Shown here: piece by piece, positions 36,888-47,399 of the stretch
How positions within the stretch are numbered: position 1 is the stretch's first letter
Layout of the letters: every line of letters starts with the position of its first letter
Assembly (NCBI GenBank): GCA_036504235.1
Contig: DASXVN010000046.1
Location: forward strand, 138,812-202,811
Length of the DNA stretch: 64,000 nucleotides
Direction: 5' to 3'
Source: Armatimonadota bacterium
GTDB lineage: Bacteria > Armatimonadota > Zipacnadia > Zipacnadales > Zipacnadaceae
Notes under the pieces: model-generated
The model's input: the letters and a program-made list of their open reading frames with translations, nothing else
The model's database searches: none
Told to the model about the DNA's origin: nothing
Made by a program: the position numbers and the translations under genes

Positions 36888-39800
36888 ATGCCCAAGCGGA
36901 CCGACCTGCAGAAGATCATGATTATCGGCTCGGGGCCGATCGTTATCGGCCAGGCCTGTGAGTTTGACTACTCCGGCGCCCAGGCCTGCAAGGCTCTGCG
37001 GGAGGAAGGCTATACCGTTGTTTTGATCAACTCCAACCCGGCGACCATCATGACCGATCCCGAGATGGCCGACCGGACCTACATCGAGCCCCTGACCCCC
37101 GACTCGGTCGCGCGGATTATCGCCGACGAAAAGCCCGACGCCCTCCTGCCCACTCTGGGCGGCCAGACCGGTCTCAACCTGGCTCTGGAACTGGCCGAAA
37201 GCGGCGTGCTCTCGCGCAATAACGTCGAGCTGATCGGCGCCAAGCGCAAGGCTATCAAGAAGGCCGAGGACCGCGAGCTGTTCAAGGACGCCATGCTCGC
37301 CGCCGGTTTGGACCTGCCCCGCAGCGATTTCGCCATGAGTCTGCACGATGCCCGCCGCATCGCCGAGGAGATCGGCTACCCGCTGATTATTCGCCCCTCC
37401 GCTACCCTGGGCGGCACCGGTGGCGGCACCGCCAACAACCTCGAGGAGTTGGAGGAAGTCTGCGGCCGCGGCCTGGACGCCAGCCCCATGAACGAGGTGC
37501 TGATCGAGGAATCCGTGGTCGGCTGGAAAGAGTACGAGCTGGAGGTCATGCGCGACTCGCGGGACAACGTCGTCATTGTCTGCTCGATCGAGAACCTCGA
37601 TCCCATGGGCATCCACACCGGCGACTCCATCACCGTGGCCCCGGCGCAGACGCTGACCGACCGCGAGTACCAGAAGATGCGCGACCAGTCTATCCGGGTC
37701 ATGCGCGAGATCGGCGTGGACACCGGCGGCAGCAATATCCAGTTCGCCGTCAACCCCGAGGACGGGCGCATGGTGGTCATCGAGATGAACCCGCGCGTCA
37801 GCCGCTCCTCGGCGCTGGCCTCCAAGGCCACCGGCTTTCCCATCGCCAAGATCGCGGCCAAGCTGGCCGTCGGCTACACCCTGGACGAGCTGGTCAACGA
37901 CATCACGCTGGAGACCCCCGCCTGCTTTGAGCCCAGCATTGACTACGTGGTCACCAAGATTCCCCGCTGGGCCTTCGAGAAGTTCCCCGGCGCGGACCCG
38001 CGGCTGATGACGCAGATGAAGTCTGTCGGCGAGGTCATGGCCATTGGCCGCACCTTCCCCGAGTCGCTGCAGAAGGCGATCCGCTCGCTGGAGATTGCCC
38101 GCTTCGGCCTGGGTGCGGACGGCAAGGGCGCGCACTACGACAAGCTCCAGCGCCCCGCGTTGGAGGAGCTGCTCACCATCCCGCATCCCGACCGCCTCTT
38201 CCAGCTCCGCAGCGCCCTGCGCGTGGGCATGACCGTAGCCGAACTCCACGAGATAACGGGGATAGACCCCTGGTTCCTCGAGCATATTTGGCGGATTGTC
38301 GAGATGCAGGACCAGTTGCGCTCCGTCAGCCGCGAGCACCCCCTGGAGGAGCTGACCGCCGATGACTTCCTCACCCTCAAACAGACCGGCTTCTCCGACC
38401 GGCAGATCGCGGTGCTGACCGACAGCGAGGACGCCGCGGTCCGCGCCCGGCGCAAGGAACTGGGTGTCACGCCGGTGGTCAAGCTGGTGGATACGTGCGC
38501 GGCCGAGTTCGAGGCGCACACGCCGTATTACTACCTCACCTACGAGCAGGAGGACGAGTTCCGCGCCTCCGAGCGCAAGAACATCCTCATCCTCGGTGGC
38601 GGCCCCAACCGCATCGGCCAGGGGATTGAGTTCGACTATTGCTGCGTTCACGCCGCCCTGGCCCTGCGCGATGACGGCTATGAGACCATCATGGTCAACT
38701 CCAACCCCGAGACGGTGAGCACCGACTACGACACCTCCGACAAGCTCTATTTTGAGCCCCTGACCCTGGAGGACGTGCTCAACATCTGCGACAAGGAGCA
38801 GCCCTGGGGCGTCATCGTCCAGTTCGGCGGCCAGACGCCGCTGAATCTGGCGGAGGGCCTGGAGGCCAACGGCGTGCCGATCATCGGCACCTCCCCGGCC
38901 AACATCCGCCGCGCCGAGGACCGCAAGAGCTTCCAGGAACTGGCCCAGAAGCTGGGCCTGCGCCAGCCCGTCAACGCCACCGCCGTCACCATCGAAGAGG
39001 CCCTCGAGGCCGCCGCGACGATCGGCTATCCGCTGGTCGTCCGCCCCTCGTACGTCCTGGGCGGACGGGCGATGCGGGTGGTCTACAACGACGAGCAACT
39101 GGCGAAATACATGCAAATGGCCGTGGAGGCCGCGCCCAATCACCCCATCCTACTCGACGAGTTCCTGGAGGGCGCGATTGAGATTGACGTGGACGCCATC
39201 GCCGACGGCGAGCGCTGCGTGATCGGCGGTATCATGGAGCATATCGAGGAGGCCGGGATCCACTCCGGCGATTCGGCCTGCGTCCTGCCCGCCTTCAGCC
39301 TGGCCGAGGATGAGCTGGTCAAGATCGAGCAGCAGACCAAGGCGCTGGCCCACGAGCTACAGGTCATCGGCCTGATGAACATCCAGTACGCTATCCGCAA
39401 CGAGGAGCTATACATCCTGGAGGTCAACCCCCGCGCCTCCCGCACCATCCCCTACGTCAGCAAGGCCATCGGCGTGCCCCTGGCCAAGCTCGCCGCGCGG
39501 GTCATGGGCGGCAAATCCCTGAAGGAACTGGGCTTTACCCAGGAGGTCACCGTTTCGCACACGGCGGTCAAGGTGCCGGTCTTCCCCTTCAACAAGTTCA
39601 GCGGCGTGGACACGCTGCTGGGGCCGGAGATGAAATCCACCGGCGAGGTCATGGGCATAGACAACCACTTCGGCGCGGCTTTCGCCAAGGCCTATCTCGC
39701 CGCCGGCCAGCGCCTCCCCGAGCGCGGCACGGTCTTCATCAGCGTGCGCAACCGCGACAAGCGCGACATCATCTTCATCGGCAAGCGCCTGGCCGAGCTG

Positions 39801-40154
39801 GGCTTCCACCTGGTCGCCACCGAGGGCACGGCCAACGTCCTGCGCCGGGCGGAGGTGGAGGCGGAGGTCGTCTACCGCGTCTCCGACCCGCGCGGCCGCA
39901 ACGTAATTGACCTGATCCGCGAGCGCCGCATCGGGCTAATCATCAACACCCCGCGCGGCGAGGACACCCGCGCCGACCACCGCCGCATCCGCGCCGAGGC
40001 GGTCATTTACGACATCCCGCAGATCACGACCATGGCGGGCGCCATGGTAGCCGTCCTGGGCATAGAGGCCCTCCAAAAAGGCGACCTGGAAGCCGCCCCG
40101 CTCCAGGAGTACCACGAGGCGATCTGGCTACAGCACGCGGCGGCGGAGGACTAA
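36888..40154 (+). CDS. carB: carbamoyl-phosphate synthase large subunit
   Basis: ATG follows AAGGAG. '[42 protein letters not shown]'. Two ATP-grasp halves, an oligomerisation domain and a C-terminal MGS-like domain. 1,088 aa. Confidence 0.97.
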   Translation: MPKRTDLQKIMIIGSGPIVIGQACEFDYSGAQACKALREEGYTVVLINSNPATIMTDPEMADRTYIEPLTPDSVARIIADEKPDALLPTLGGQTGLNLALELAESGVLSRNNVELIGAKRKAIKKAEDRELFKDAMLAAGLDLPRSDFAMSLHDARRIAEEIGYPLIIRPSATLGGTGGGTANNLEELEEVCGRGLDASPMNEVLIEESVVGWKEYELEVMRDSRDNVVIVCSIENLDPMGIHTGDSITVAPAQTLTDREYQKMRDQSIRVMREIGVDTGGSNIQFAVNPEDGRMVVIEMNPRVSRSSALASKATGFPIAKIAAKLAVGYTLDELVNDITLETPACFEPSIDYVVTKIPRWAFEKFPGADPRLMTQMKSVGEVMAIGRTFPESLQKAIRSLEIARFGLGADGKGAHYDKLQRPALEELLTIPHPDRLFQLRSALRVGMTVAELHEITGIDPWFLEHIWRIVEMQDQLRSVSREHPLEELTADDFLTLKQTGFSDRQIAVLTDSEDAAVRARRKELGVTPVVKLVDTCAAEFEAHTPYYYLTYEQEDEFRASERKNILILGGGPNRIGQGIEFDYCCVHAALALRDDGYETIMVNSNPETVSTDYDTSDKLYFEPLTLEDVLNICDKEQPWGVIVQFGGQTPLNLAEGLEANGVPIIGTSPANIRRAEDRKSFQELAQKLGLRQPVNATAVTIEEALEAAATIGYPLVVRPSYVLGGRAMRVVYNDEQLAKYMQMAVEAAPNHPILLDEFLEGAIEIDVDAIADGERCVIGGIMEHIEEAGIHSGDSACVLPAFSLAEDELVKIEQQTKALAHELQVIGLMNIQYAIRNEELYILEVNPRASRTIPYVSKAIGVPLAKLAARVMGGKSLKELGFTQEVTVSHTAVKVPVFPFNKFSGVDTLLGPEMKSTGEVMGIDNHFGAAFAKAYLAAGQRLPERGTVFISVRNRDKRDIIFIGKRLAELGFHLVATEGTANVLRRAEVEAEVVYRVSDPRGRNVIDLIRERRIGLIINTPRGEDTRADHRRIRAEAVIYDIPQITTMAGAMVAVLGIEALQKGDLEAAPLQEYHEAIWLQHAAAED

Positions 40155-40346
40155 AGCCGTGGCCCTTTCCGGGTAGCACTGGCTTCCAAGCCTGTGTCCG
40201 CGCCGTGGCCGTTTCTCTCTCCCGCTTGCGGGGGAGAGTGGCCGCTGCGCCAGCAGCGGACGAGAGGGGGCGCCGTTGGCCGGCCACCCCTAACCCTGAC
40301 CTATTAACTGGTGCGCCCCATTCAATCGTTCAGGAGGCGGTGCTAG

Positions 40347-41660
40347 ATGCGACGCATTCTCACCCTCTTGTTCCTGACGGCGACGTTGGCGGCGACGGCA
40401 ACGGTATCACGAGCGGAGCCGGTCCCCACTCTGGCGGAGCTAACCCAAGGGCTGCAGAAACGCCAGGAGGCCGCGAAGTACGTGGCGGGGGAGGCCATTC
40501 AGAAGCTGTATCGGTCGCAGCATTGGTACGAATCAATGCGTGATTCATTACTGTCCGTCAATGCTTCCGTGGAAGGATGGGTGGTAGACAAGTACGACCG
40601 GGGCGAGTTCGCCCTCCGGTTTCGGCTGGGCGAAAGGGACGGGCGGTGGGAGACCCAGGCGCTGGTGTGGCCGGGGGAATGTGACTGGGGCTTTCGCCAG
40701 GACTTCAAACGCGCGCCGCTGGACACGTGGGACTGCTACGCCCGGACGATATGTCGAGACGGACTTCTGTATTGGCTCGTGCGCTCCGAGCAGCCGGCAG
40801 TGATGCGGGGAGAGGTTCGGGACCCGGAGGGCGTATTGATGCCGTCGGGGGAGTACAGGTGGCCCAGCCAGCACCTGTCCCAACTGGGGGGAACCTGGGG
40901 CGGTCCCCGGAAGGAACCCTTCGCGACCTGGATTTGTCTCCCCTCGGGGGCCTGGGGGTGGGCGGACCGGACGAACGACAATCGTTACGCGGAACTCCCC
41001 GTGACGCCGGAGGTCCTGGACGGCATCCTCTGCTTCTGCATGGCACAGGCTATTAGAAGGGACAAGAGCATCGCCGAGAATCGGTGCTGGGTCGCGCCCA
41101 GCCTGGGATATGCGATCTTGCGGCACGAAGCTATCTTCCTCAGCACGGATAACCCGCTCAAGGGCGTGCGCACGGTCAGGACGTGGATGGGTTTTCAGGC
41201 CTGTGAGGGAGGCCCGGCGCTACCTAAGACTTACCGAGAGGACCGGTACGCCTATGAGCCCGGTCGCACGTCCCCCTGGGAGTCGAGCGAGGTGGTGCAG
41301 ATGACTGACCTGAGCTGTACTCCGGACCCGGAACGGGCGATTCAGGATGAGTTGTACCCGCTCGGGGTGGTCAGCTTATTGCCGCCGGGGCAAGCAATGG
41401 TTGACGGCAAGCTGGTGAAGTTCGCGCCGGGAGAGGCGGGCGCCATTCACGGGGCGCGGGTGTCCAGTGTGCGCGGGAACGAGATGTGGGGCGGGGCTGT
41501 CAAGTTCATGAAGGAACCGCTGCCCCCAGACGAGCCGGTGCCGCCGCGGAACGCGGGAACAGCGCCGCCCACGACCTGGGTAGAGGACAACTCGGAGTAT
41601 CTGAAGCCGCTGACCGGGGGAGAGATTACCGAGATTAACATGCGGTACGGGTTCCGATAG
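40347..41660 (+). CDS. secreted hypothetical Cys-containing protein (437 aa); codon usage looks more A/T-rich than its neighbours
   Basis: ATG follows CAGGAGG. Signal peptide 'MRRILTLLFLTATLAATATVSRA'. No recognisable domain. Confidence 0.6.
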   Translation: MRRILTLLFLTATLAATATVSRAEPVPTLAELTQGLQKRQEAAKYVAGEAIQKLYRSQHWYESMRDSLLSVNASVEGWVVDKYDRGEFALRFRLGERDGRWETQALVWPGECDWGFRQDFKRAPLDTWDCYARTICRDGLLYWLVRSEQPAVMRGEVRDPEGVLMPSGEYRWPSQHLSQLGGTWGGPRKEPFATWICLPSGAWGWADRTNDNRYAELPVTPEVLDGILCFCMAQAIRRDKSIAENRCWVAPSLGYAILRHEAIFLSTDNPLKGVRTVRTWMGFQACEGGPALPKTYREDRYAYEPGRTSPWESSEVVQMTDLSCTPDPERAIQDELYPLGVVSLLPPGQAMVDGKLVKFAPGEAGAIHGARVSSVRGNEMWGGAVKFMKEPLPPDEPVPPRNAGTAPPTTWVEDNSEYLKPLTGGEITEINMRYGFR

Positions 41661-41742
41661 GGAGTCGGGCCGGATACTTGCGGCGTTCGCTTTGCGAACG
41701 TCCTCGTATGCGGCCCCTCCGTTCGAAGACCACCAACAAACC

Positions 41743-42825
41743 ATGACCACCATACCCCCCACCGTAACCTGGCTCGCCGCACCCGACGGCCCGGCCGTCC
41801 GGATGATTGACCAGACTCGCTTGCCGGGCGAGTTGGTTATGCTGGATTGCCGCACGATTGAGCAGCTTTGCGAGGCGATTGTCTCGCTGCGGGTGCGCGG
41901 GGCGCCGGCTATTGGGTGTGCGGCGGCGTTGGGGCTGTCTTTGGCCGCTCATCTTTCCCCCGCCGAGACGGTGGAGGCGCTGCTGGCCGATCTGGAGTCG
42001 GCGCGGGCGCTGCTGGCCGCCACTCGGCCCACCGCCGTGAATCTCTTCTGGGCGCTGGACCGGGTCATGGATATTGCGCGGTTCTCGTCGCTGATTGATG
42101 CGGCGCGGATGCGGGACCGGATTTTGCATGAGGCGCGCGAGATCGTGGCGGAGGACGTGGACCGCTGCCGGCGGATCGGCCTGGCGGGAGCGCCGCTGCT
42201 GCCCGCCGAGGGCCGGGTGCTGACCCACTGCAATGCGGGCGCTCTGGCGACCGGCGGCTACGGGACGGCGCTGGGCGTAATTCGCGCGGGCGTCGAGGCG
42301 GGGAAGAAGCTGCACGTCTGGGCCGACGAGACGCGGCCGCTGCTGCAAGGCGCGCGCCTGACCGCCTGGGAAATGCACGCGGAGGGCATCCCCTGCACGG
42401 TGCTGTGCGACAACGCGGCGGCCGTGCTGATGGCGCAGGGGCAGGTGGATTGCGTGATCGTGGGGGCGGACCGCATCGCCGCCAACGGGGACACGGCCAA
42501 CAAGATCGGCACCTACGGCGTGGCCGTGCTGGCGCAGGCGCACGGGGTGCCCTTCTACGTGGCCGCGCCGCTCTCGACCCTGGACGCGCACACCGCCACC
42601 GGCGCCGAGATTCCCATCGAGCAGCGCCCGGAGACGGAGGTCAGCCTGGTGGCGGGTCGCCTCACCGAGCCGATCACGCCCGCCGGGGTGCCCTGCTACA
42701 ACCCGGCTTTCGACGTAACCCCGGCCGCCCTGGTCACCGCGATCATCACGGAAAAGGGCGTCCTGCGCCCGCCCTACGAGCAGTCCATAGCCGAGGTCCT
42801 ACGCCCGCCGGAGTTTGACGGGTAG
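41743..42825 (+). CDS. mtnA: S-methyl-5-thioribose-1-phosphate isomerase (eIF-2B alpha/beta/delta family)
   Basis: 'GAPAIGCAAALGLSLAA', 'THCNAGALATGGYGTALGVIRA' and 'VGADRIAANGDTANKIGTYGVAVLAQAHGVPFYVAAP' are family hallmarks. ATG at 41743; the track start 41692 is TTG. Confidence 0.85.
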   Translation: MTTIPPTVTWLAAPDGPAVRMIDQTRLPGELVMLDCRTIEQLCEAIVSLRVRGAPAIGCAAALGLSLAAHLSPAETVEALLADLESARALLAATRPTAVNLFWALDRVMDIARFSSLIDAARMRDRILHEAREIVAEDVDRCRRIGLAGAPLLPAEGRVLTHCNAGALATGGYGTALGVIRAGVEAGKKLHVWADETRPLLQGARLTAWEMHAEGIPCTVLCDNAAAVLMAQGQVDCVIVGADRIAANGDTANKIGTYGVAVLAQAHGVPFYVAAPLSTLDAHTATGAEIPIEQRPETEVSLVAGRLTEPITPAGVPCYNPAFDVTPAALVTAIITEKGVLRPPYEQSIAEVLRPPEFDG

Positions 42826-42834
42826 GGAGGACGC

Positions 42835-42983
42835 GGCCCACCCCGCCCTCGGCAGACCTCGGCACCCCTCCCGGCACGGGAGGGGCTTTTTGAGGCATTG
42901 GCGGCAGGGCCGCGGGACAGACTATCCCTAAGCCCCTCCCCTGTGGGGAGGGGTGCCGAGGTCTGCCGAGGGCGGGGTGGGCC
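42835..42983. repeat. 37-bp perfect inverted repeat (arms 42835-42871 and 42947-42983) framing two internal GC hairpins in the convergent mtnA / propeller-gene intergenic region
   Basis: Left arm ggcccaccccgccctcggcagacctcggcacccctcc equals the reverse complement of the right arm. The internal hairpins are 42865-42885 and 42933-42953. Confidence 0.6.
42865..42891 (+). terminator. rho-independent terminator after mtnA
   Basis: 8-bp stem cccctccc/gggagggg with a ggcac loop, followed by cttttt. Confidence 0.65.
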
Positions 42984-43067
42984 CGGCCGTTGTCCGTTCC
43001 CCCCTCTCCTGCGGGCGCTCGTCGGCGAGCGCCACGGAGAGGAGCCGGGGGTGAGGCCATCAGGGCC

Positions 43068-46000
43068 TTACCCCGCCGCCTTGGTCTCATCCTTCGCGGG
43101 TTTCTCCGGCGGCGTGGTTACTTCCCCGGTCGCCAGGTCTATCTGCAGGTCGCAGTAGTTGCCGGCGGCGTCAATCGCGCGCACGATTATGGCCTTGGCG
43201 TCCGCGGGGAGCTGGGCGCGGGCGATGGTGAAGGACACCAGGGGCGCGCCGAAGAGCAGGCCGCCGGGGGCCGCCGCGGTCCAGACCGCCTCCTCGCCGT
43301 TGTCATCCTCCGCCTGCTTCCAGGCCACCGAAACTACGCCACTGCCCTCGTCGAGCGCCGTGCCGGACAGGTCGCCGGTCTTGAGGTCCGCCCCCGCGAT
43401 CTTGAGCAGCATGGTGGGGCTCGCGTTGTCCACCAGGAGGTCGCTGATCAGCGCCTCCTGCGCGAGCCAGCCCACCGGGTTGCTGCGCCGGTCGTCGGTG
43501 ACCAGGCGCACTTGATAGCGGCCTCCGGCGAGCTCCGAGGTGTCCCACTCATAGTCGGTGGCGGTCAGCGGTCCCGCGAGCTTCTTCCACTCCGCCGCAC
43601 CGGAACGCGCGTAGACGTACGTGCTCAGGGCGTCCTCATCGTCATCGGAGGTTCCCCAAGTCAGCTTGACCTTGCCATGTACGGCGCTGCCCGGGTCGGG
43701 CGCCTTCGCGGTGAGCTTCGGGCGTTGGTTGTCGGGGAGGTAGGTTATCGTCAGGCGCTTGACCTCGGCCGCGGCCGGGGCGCTGGGCGCCGAGAAATGC
43801 AGGCGGTATTGCAGGTAGCGGGAGGCCGGCACCTCGGCCGGGCCGCCGTTGGCGCAGGGGCGGGACCAGGCGCTCCAGGTGCCGTCCACCGGGTCGGCGG
43901 TGTTGCCGGAGCGGCACTGGACCTCCAGCGTCGTCTTGTCGGGCAGGGTGGCGTCCCAGGTGACCTTGCCCCACTGCGCCAGGCGCTCGGCGTCGAGCAC
44001 CGTCGAGGTATAGGTACCCTCGCGCGCGCCGGTCAGTGTGCCGCCGAGAATCATTCCGGGGCTGTTGCCTAGGAGGTAGGCCTGCCCGTTGGGGGCGGTT
44101 ACCAGCTTGCTGATGAAGTCCACCGGGCTGTCGGTGAGCACGGTGGCTGTCTTCTCGGCGGAGCGGGCGAGCAGCACTTGCCCGTCGCTGGCGGTGCCGA
44201 TGAGCACCCCCTCGGCGGTCGGCAGCAGCGCGTAGACCGGGGTGGAGGTGTCCTCCCAGACCGTGGTCGCGTGGCCGCTGGGGGAGATGCGCAGCACCTT
44301 GCCCTCCGGGGCGGTGCCGGCGTAGAGGTCCCCGGCGGCGTCTACCACCACGGAGGTCACGTCATTGTCCCCGGTGCCCTGGAGCGCTTGCACCTGCCCG
44401 TCGGCGCGGACCAGGTACACGCCGCCCTCCTGGGCGGTGCCGGCCACCAGGTCGGTCCCTCGCCAGGCCAGAGCCATGATGTGGTTGACCGGCAGCTTGG
44501 CCAGGGGGGTACACTTGCCCTCCGGGCTGATCTTGTACAGGACGCCCTCCGGCCCGGTGCCCGCGTAGAGCGTGCCGTCCGGGGCCAGCAGGAGCGACCA
44601 GATGTAGGTTACCGGCAGCTCGCAGAGCAGCTTGCTCTGGCCCTGCGGGGTGATCTGGAGAATCCGGCCCGGCGCGGTGGTGCCGGCCAGGATGGTGCCG
44701 TCGGGTCGGGCCGCGAGTGCGGTCAGGGCGAATTCGCCGGTGGCGCAGACCTGTTCGGGCCGGTCGCCCTTCACGCGGTACAGCCGGCCGCCGTCGGTGC
44801 TGACGTAGAGCGTGCCGTCGGGGGCGCAGGTGGCGGCCAGGAGGGTTTTGTCGGGCAGGCCGGCCTGGCGCTGGAAGGTCGGGACGAGCAGTACGCCGCC
44901 CTCACTGCCGATGCCGGTGCCGTGCGTCTCGCCCTCCTTGAAGTCGTCCTGAGTGCTCTGCGACCACTCTGTCGGCTGGCGTAGAACCTTGCCCACGCCC
45001 TCCTCCGCGGTGCGTTTCTCCTCGTCCGGCTTGCTGGTCTCCGGCTTGGCAGTCTCGTCGGGCTTCTTGGGCTTCTCCTCGGTCTGAGTGGCGTCGGGGG
45101 CCGGGGTCGCGGGCGTCACAGTGGTGTCCTTGCCCCCCGCGCCGGCTTGATCCTCCGGGCCGTCGGCCTGCTGGGGCGAGGCACCGCGCAGGCGGGCCGC
45201 GATATCCGGCCGCAGCCCCGCAGCCGCCCAGCGCAGGCTCGGCGGGGGATAGGCGGGCAGCTCCAACTCCGACTGCGCGGTCGGTTTGGCGGTCCAGACC
45301 ATGCTGGGCTTCTCGCTGGGAGGGGTGGCGGGCGACTCGGCCTTCGCCGGGGCAGCCGCGCCTTCCGGCTTCTTTCCGGGCGTAGTGGCGGCGGCTGCCG
45401 GTCGCTCGCCGCGGCGATTCTCCACCGGGACGGTCAGCAGCGCCCCGCCATACAGCGCCCAGGGCAGCTTCTCCTTGACGCTGATCTCCTGGAAACCCTC
45501 ACTGAGATTGAGCGGCACGGTGGCCGTAAGCAGCGCCTGGACCGACTGCGGCAGGTTGGGCAGGCGGACGCCGCCCACCGACATGCCGGCCACGGCGCCG
45601 GCCGCCATCACCAGTAGTTGGGTGTTGTCCTCGGTCTTCTCCCACTGGTGGAGCATCCCCTCCAGGGTATCGTAGTCGGGGGTCAGCACGCCCAGGTGGC
45701 CGCGCAGGGCCGGGGCCAAGGAGCCGCCGCACACGCCGATCTCCAGGTTGGTGGCGGGGAGGTCCACCGGCAGATCCAGCAGGATGCGCTTGTCCAGCGG
45801 CTGGCCGCCCCAGGGGCGGACCACCACGTGGACCGCCAGGGGCTCGCCGGCCTTGGCGATCGCCTGCTCGGCATAGACGCGCTCAATCATCGCAGTCTCG
45901 TCGGTGCTGCGGAAGGAGGCGTCAATCTGCACCGACTTGACTCCCTGCGGCTGGTAGAGGTTGTAGCGGAACATGGCCACGCCCTCCAGAATTTCGCGGG

Positions 46001-47234
46001 ACAAGTCCTGGAGCGGGGAGCCCTCAAAGTAAGAGGTATTGGAGCGGCTGACCTTGGCTCCCGCAGTGCCCTCCAGGGTGAAAGTGCTGGTCACCATGCC
46101 CAGCGCGCCGGCGCTGAAGCCCGCCTCAATCGCCGAGGAAGCGCCCATCATCACCAGCAGGGGCGTGAGCGCCTCCTGCTGGATGCAGGAAAAGTGGTAT
46201 TCGTGGGTCATGTGGCAGGTCTCGTCGGTGACGCGCACCGTCACCGGCACCAGCGGCGCCGGTTCCCCGCCGATAGTCGCGCCCAGCGACCACGGGGTGT
46301 CCTGGTTGAGGGCGCCGGCCGTCTTCATCGCGGACCCCATCTTGATGGAGTGCTCCAGGCTGGGGATGATGTCGTGAATCCAGGCGGTGGTGATGGGGAA
46401 GTCCACGGCGCCCAGCTTCAGCATAGGGTGGCCGAAAGCCAGCAGCCGGCCCTGATCCACATAGGTAACGGTGCCGATCCCGGTCATGTCTACGTCGCCG
46501 GAGATCAGTTGCACGCCCAGCGAGGACCCCGGCTCCAGCTTGGTCTCCACCGGATCGCGCATCGTGCCCGGCCCGGCCATCGGGGTGATCCCCCAGGGAG
46601 CCATGAATTTGCCCATTAGCTTGAGCATGTCCGGCGAAAAGCCGCTGCAGAACAGCAGCGGAGCGGTGGGCCGGAGGCTAATGGTGTGGTCGTCGACAAA
46701 GGCCGCTGTCGGCGCGGTCGCGATCTGCGCCCCGGTGACGAGGTGTCCATCCAGGAGCACCCCGGCGTGGGGCAGTTGGGCGGTCTTGACCGGAGCCGCG
46801 CCGGCCTGCTTATCCCAGGCGCGCAGCATGGAGTTGATGGTGGTGATGCCGCAGATCGGCTCCACGGTGAAGGGCCAGGAGAAGGCCAGGGCGCCGATCA
46901 GCCGCCCCTGCACGTAGATGGGGCTCCCGCTCATCCCGGCGATCACGCCGCTCTTGCGCTCCACTACGGGTCCGTCCAGCACCCGGGCCAGGATGATGTC
47001 CTCGCCCAGGTTGAAGTTCTGCACTACGCCCATGATTTCCAGGCGGAAGTCGCTGATGGTGGTGCCCTGGAAGACCGACCGCCCCGTGGCCTGCATGCCC
47101 CGCTGCACCTCGTCCACCGGCATCATGGTCTTGGCGTTGAACAGGGGGGATAGGGGAGAGCCAGCCTGGCAGAGGCTGCCGGTCAGAATCAGAAGTAGTG
47201 CGGCCAGCCAGCTTCCGTTGCGTACCCTCTTCAT
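43068..47234 (-). CDS. giant secreted protein (1,388 aa) made of an S55 (SpoIVB)-like Ser-motif domain, a Pro/Ala/Lys/Glu-rich linker, a roughly 7-blade beta-propeller and Ig/Fn3-like domains
   Basis: ATG 47234 follows GAAAGGA. Signal peptide 'MKRVRNGSWLAALLLILTGSLCQA'. 'GVIAGMSGSPIYVQGRLIGALAF' matches the SpoIVB/S55 catalytic-Ser motif, but no His/Asp region precedes it. Repeats 'DGTLYVSTDGGRLYRV', 'DGTILAGTTAPGRILQI', 'DGTLYAGTGPEGVLYKI' and 'AGDLYAGTAPEGKVLRI' are propeller blades. Confidence 0.75.
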   Translation of the reverse strand: MKRVRNGSWLAALLLILTGSLCQAGSPLSPLFNAKTMMPVDEVQRGMQATGRSVFQGTTISDFRLEIMGVVQNFNLGEDIILARVLDGPVVERKSGVIAGMSGSPIYVQGRLIGALAFSWPFTVEPICGITTINSMLRAWDKQAGAAPVKTAQLPHAGVLLDGHLVTGAQIATAPTAAFVDDHTISLRPTAPLLFCSGFSPDMLKLMGKFMAPWGITPMAGPGTMRDPVETKLEPGSSLGVQLISGDVDMTGIGTVTYVDQGRLLAFGHPMLKLGAVDFPITTAWIHDIIPSLEHSIKMGSAMKTAGALNQDTPWSLGATIGGEPAPLVPVTVRVTDETCHMTHEYHFSCIQQEALTPLLVMMGASSAIEAGFSAGALGMVTSTFTLEGTAGAKVSRSNTSYFEGSPLQDLSREILEGVAMFRYNLYQPQGVKSVQIDASFRSTDETAMIERVYAEQAIAKAGEPLAVHVVVRPWGGQPLDKRILLDLPVDLPATNLEIGVCGGSLAPALRGHLGVLTPDYDTLEGMLHQWEKTEDNTQLLVMAAGAVAGMSVGGVRLPNLPQSVQALLTATVPLNLSEGFQEISVKEKLPWALYGGALLTVPVENRRGERPAAAATTPGKKPEGAAAPAKAESPATPPSEKPSMVWTAKPTAQSELELPAYPPPSLRWAAAGLRPDIAARLRGASPQQADGPEDQAGAGGKDTTVTPATPAPDATQTEEKPKKPDETAKPETSKPDEEKRTAEEGVGKVLRQPTEWSQSTQDDFKEGETHGTGIGSEGGVLLVPTFQRQAGLPDKTLLAATCAPDGTLYVSTDGGRLYRVKGDRPEQVCATGEFALTALAARPDGTILAGTTAPGRILQITPQGQSKLLCELPVTYIWSLLLAPDGTLYAGTGPEGVLYKISPEGKCTPLAKLPVNHIMALAWRGTDLVAGTAQEGGVYLVRADGQVQALQGTGDNDVTSVVVDAAGDLYAGTAPEGKVLRISPSGHATTVWEDTSTPVYALLPTAEGVLIGTASDGQVLLARSAEKTATVLTDSPVDFISKLVTAPNGQAYLLGNSPGMILGGTLTGAREGTYTSTVLDAERLAQWGKVTWDATLPDKTTLEVQCRSGNTADPVDGTWSAWSRPCANGGPAEVPASRYLQYRLHFSAPSAPAAAEVKRLTITYLPDNQRPKLTAKAPDPGSAVHGKVKLTWGTSDDDEDALSTYVYARSGAAEWKKLAGPLTATDYEWDTSELAGGRYQVRLVTDDRRSNPVGWLAQEALISDLLVDNASPTMLLKIAGADLKTGDLSGTALDEGSGVVSVAWKQAEDDNGEEAVWTAAAPGGLLFGAPLVSFTIARAQLPADAKAIIVRAIDAAGNYCDLQIDLATGEVTTPPEKPAKDETKAAG

Positions 47235-47399
47235 GACCCGTGGTCCTTTCCGACCGTAGTCTGCCCGCTGTGTCCGAGGGGCCACGGGGCATGTGCGCAT
47301 AATTCCGCGCGGGGCCTGCGAAAGCCTTCTGACGCACCTGCGGGGCGTGGCGTTCCCGGCCAGGAACCGAGACGGAGCCGGAACGCCGGAGGTTCAGGC

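Noticed and set aside
36699-39143. 814-aa minus-strand ORF
   Set aside because: Antisense to carB, which is unambiguous.
41635-42591. 318-aa minus-strand ORF
   Set aside because: Antisense to mtnA.
42990-46619. Plus-strand ORFs 42990..44072 and 45618..46619
   Set aside because: Antisense to the S55/propeller giant. The first begins inside the downstream hairpin region.
43068-47234. Calling the giant a bona fide active SpoIVB-type signalling protease
   Set aside because: Only the Ser motif is visible. No His/Asp lies N-terminal to it within the mature protein, so I call it S55-like with uncertain activity.
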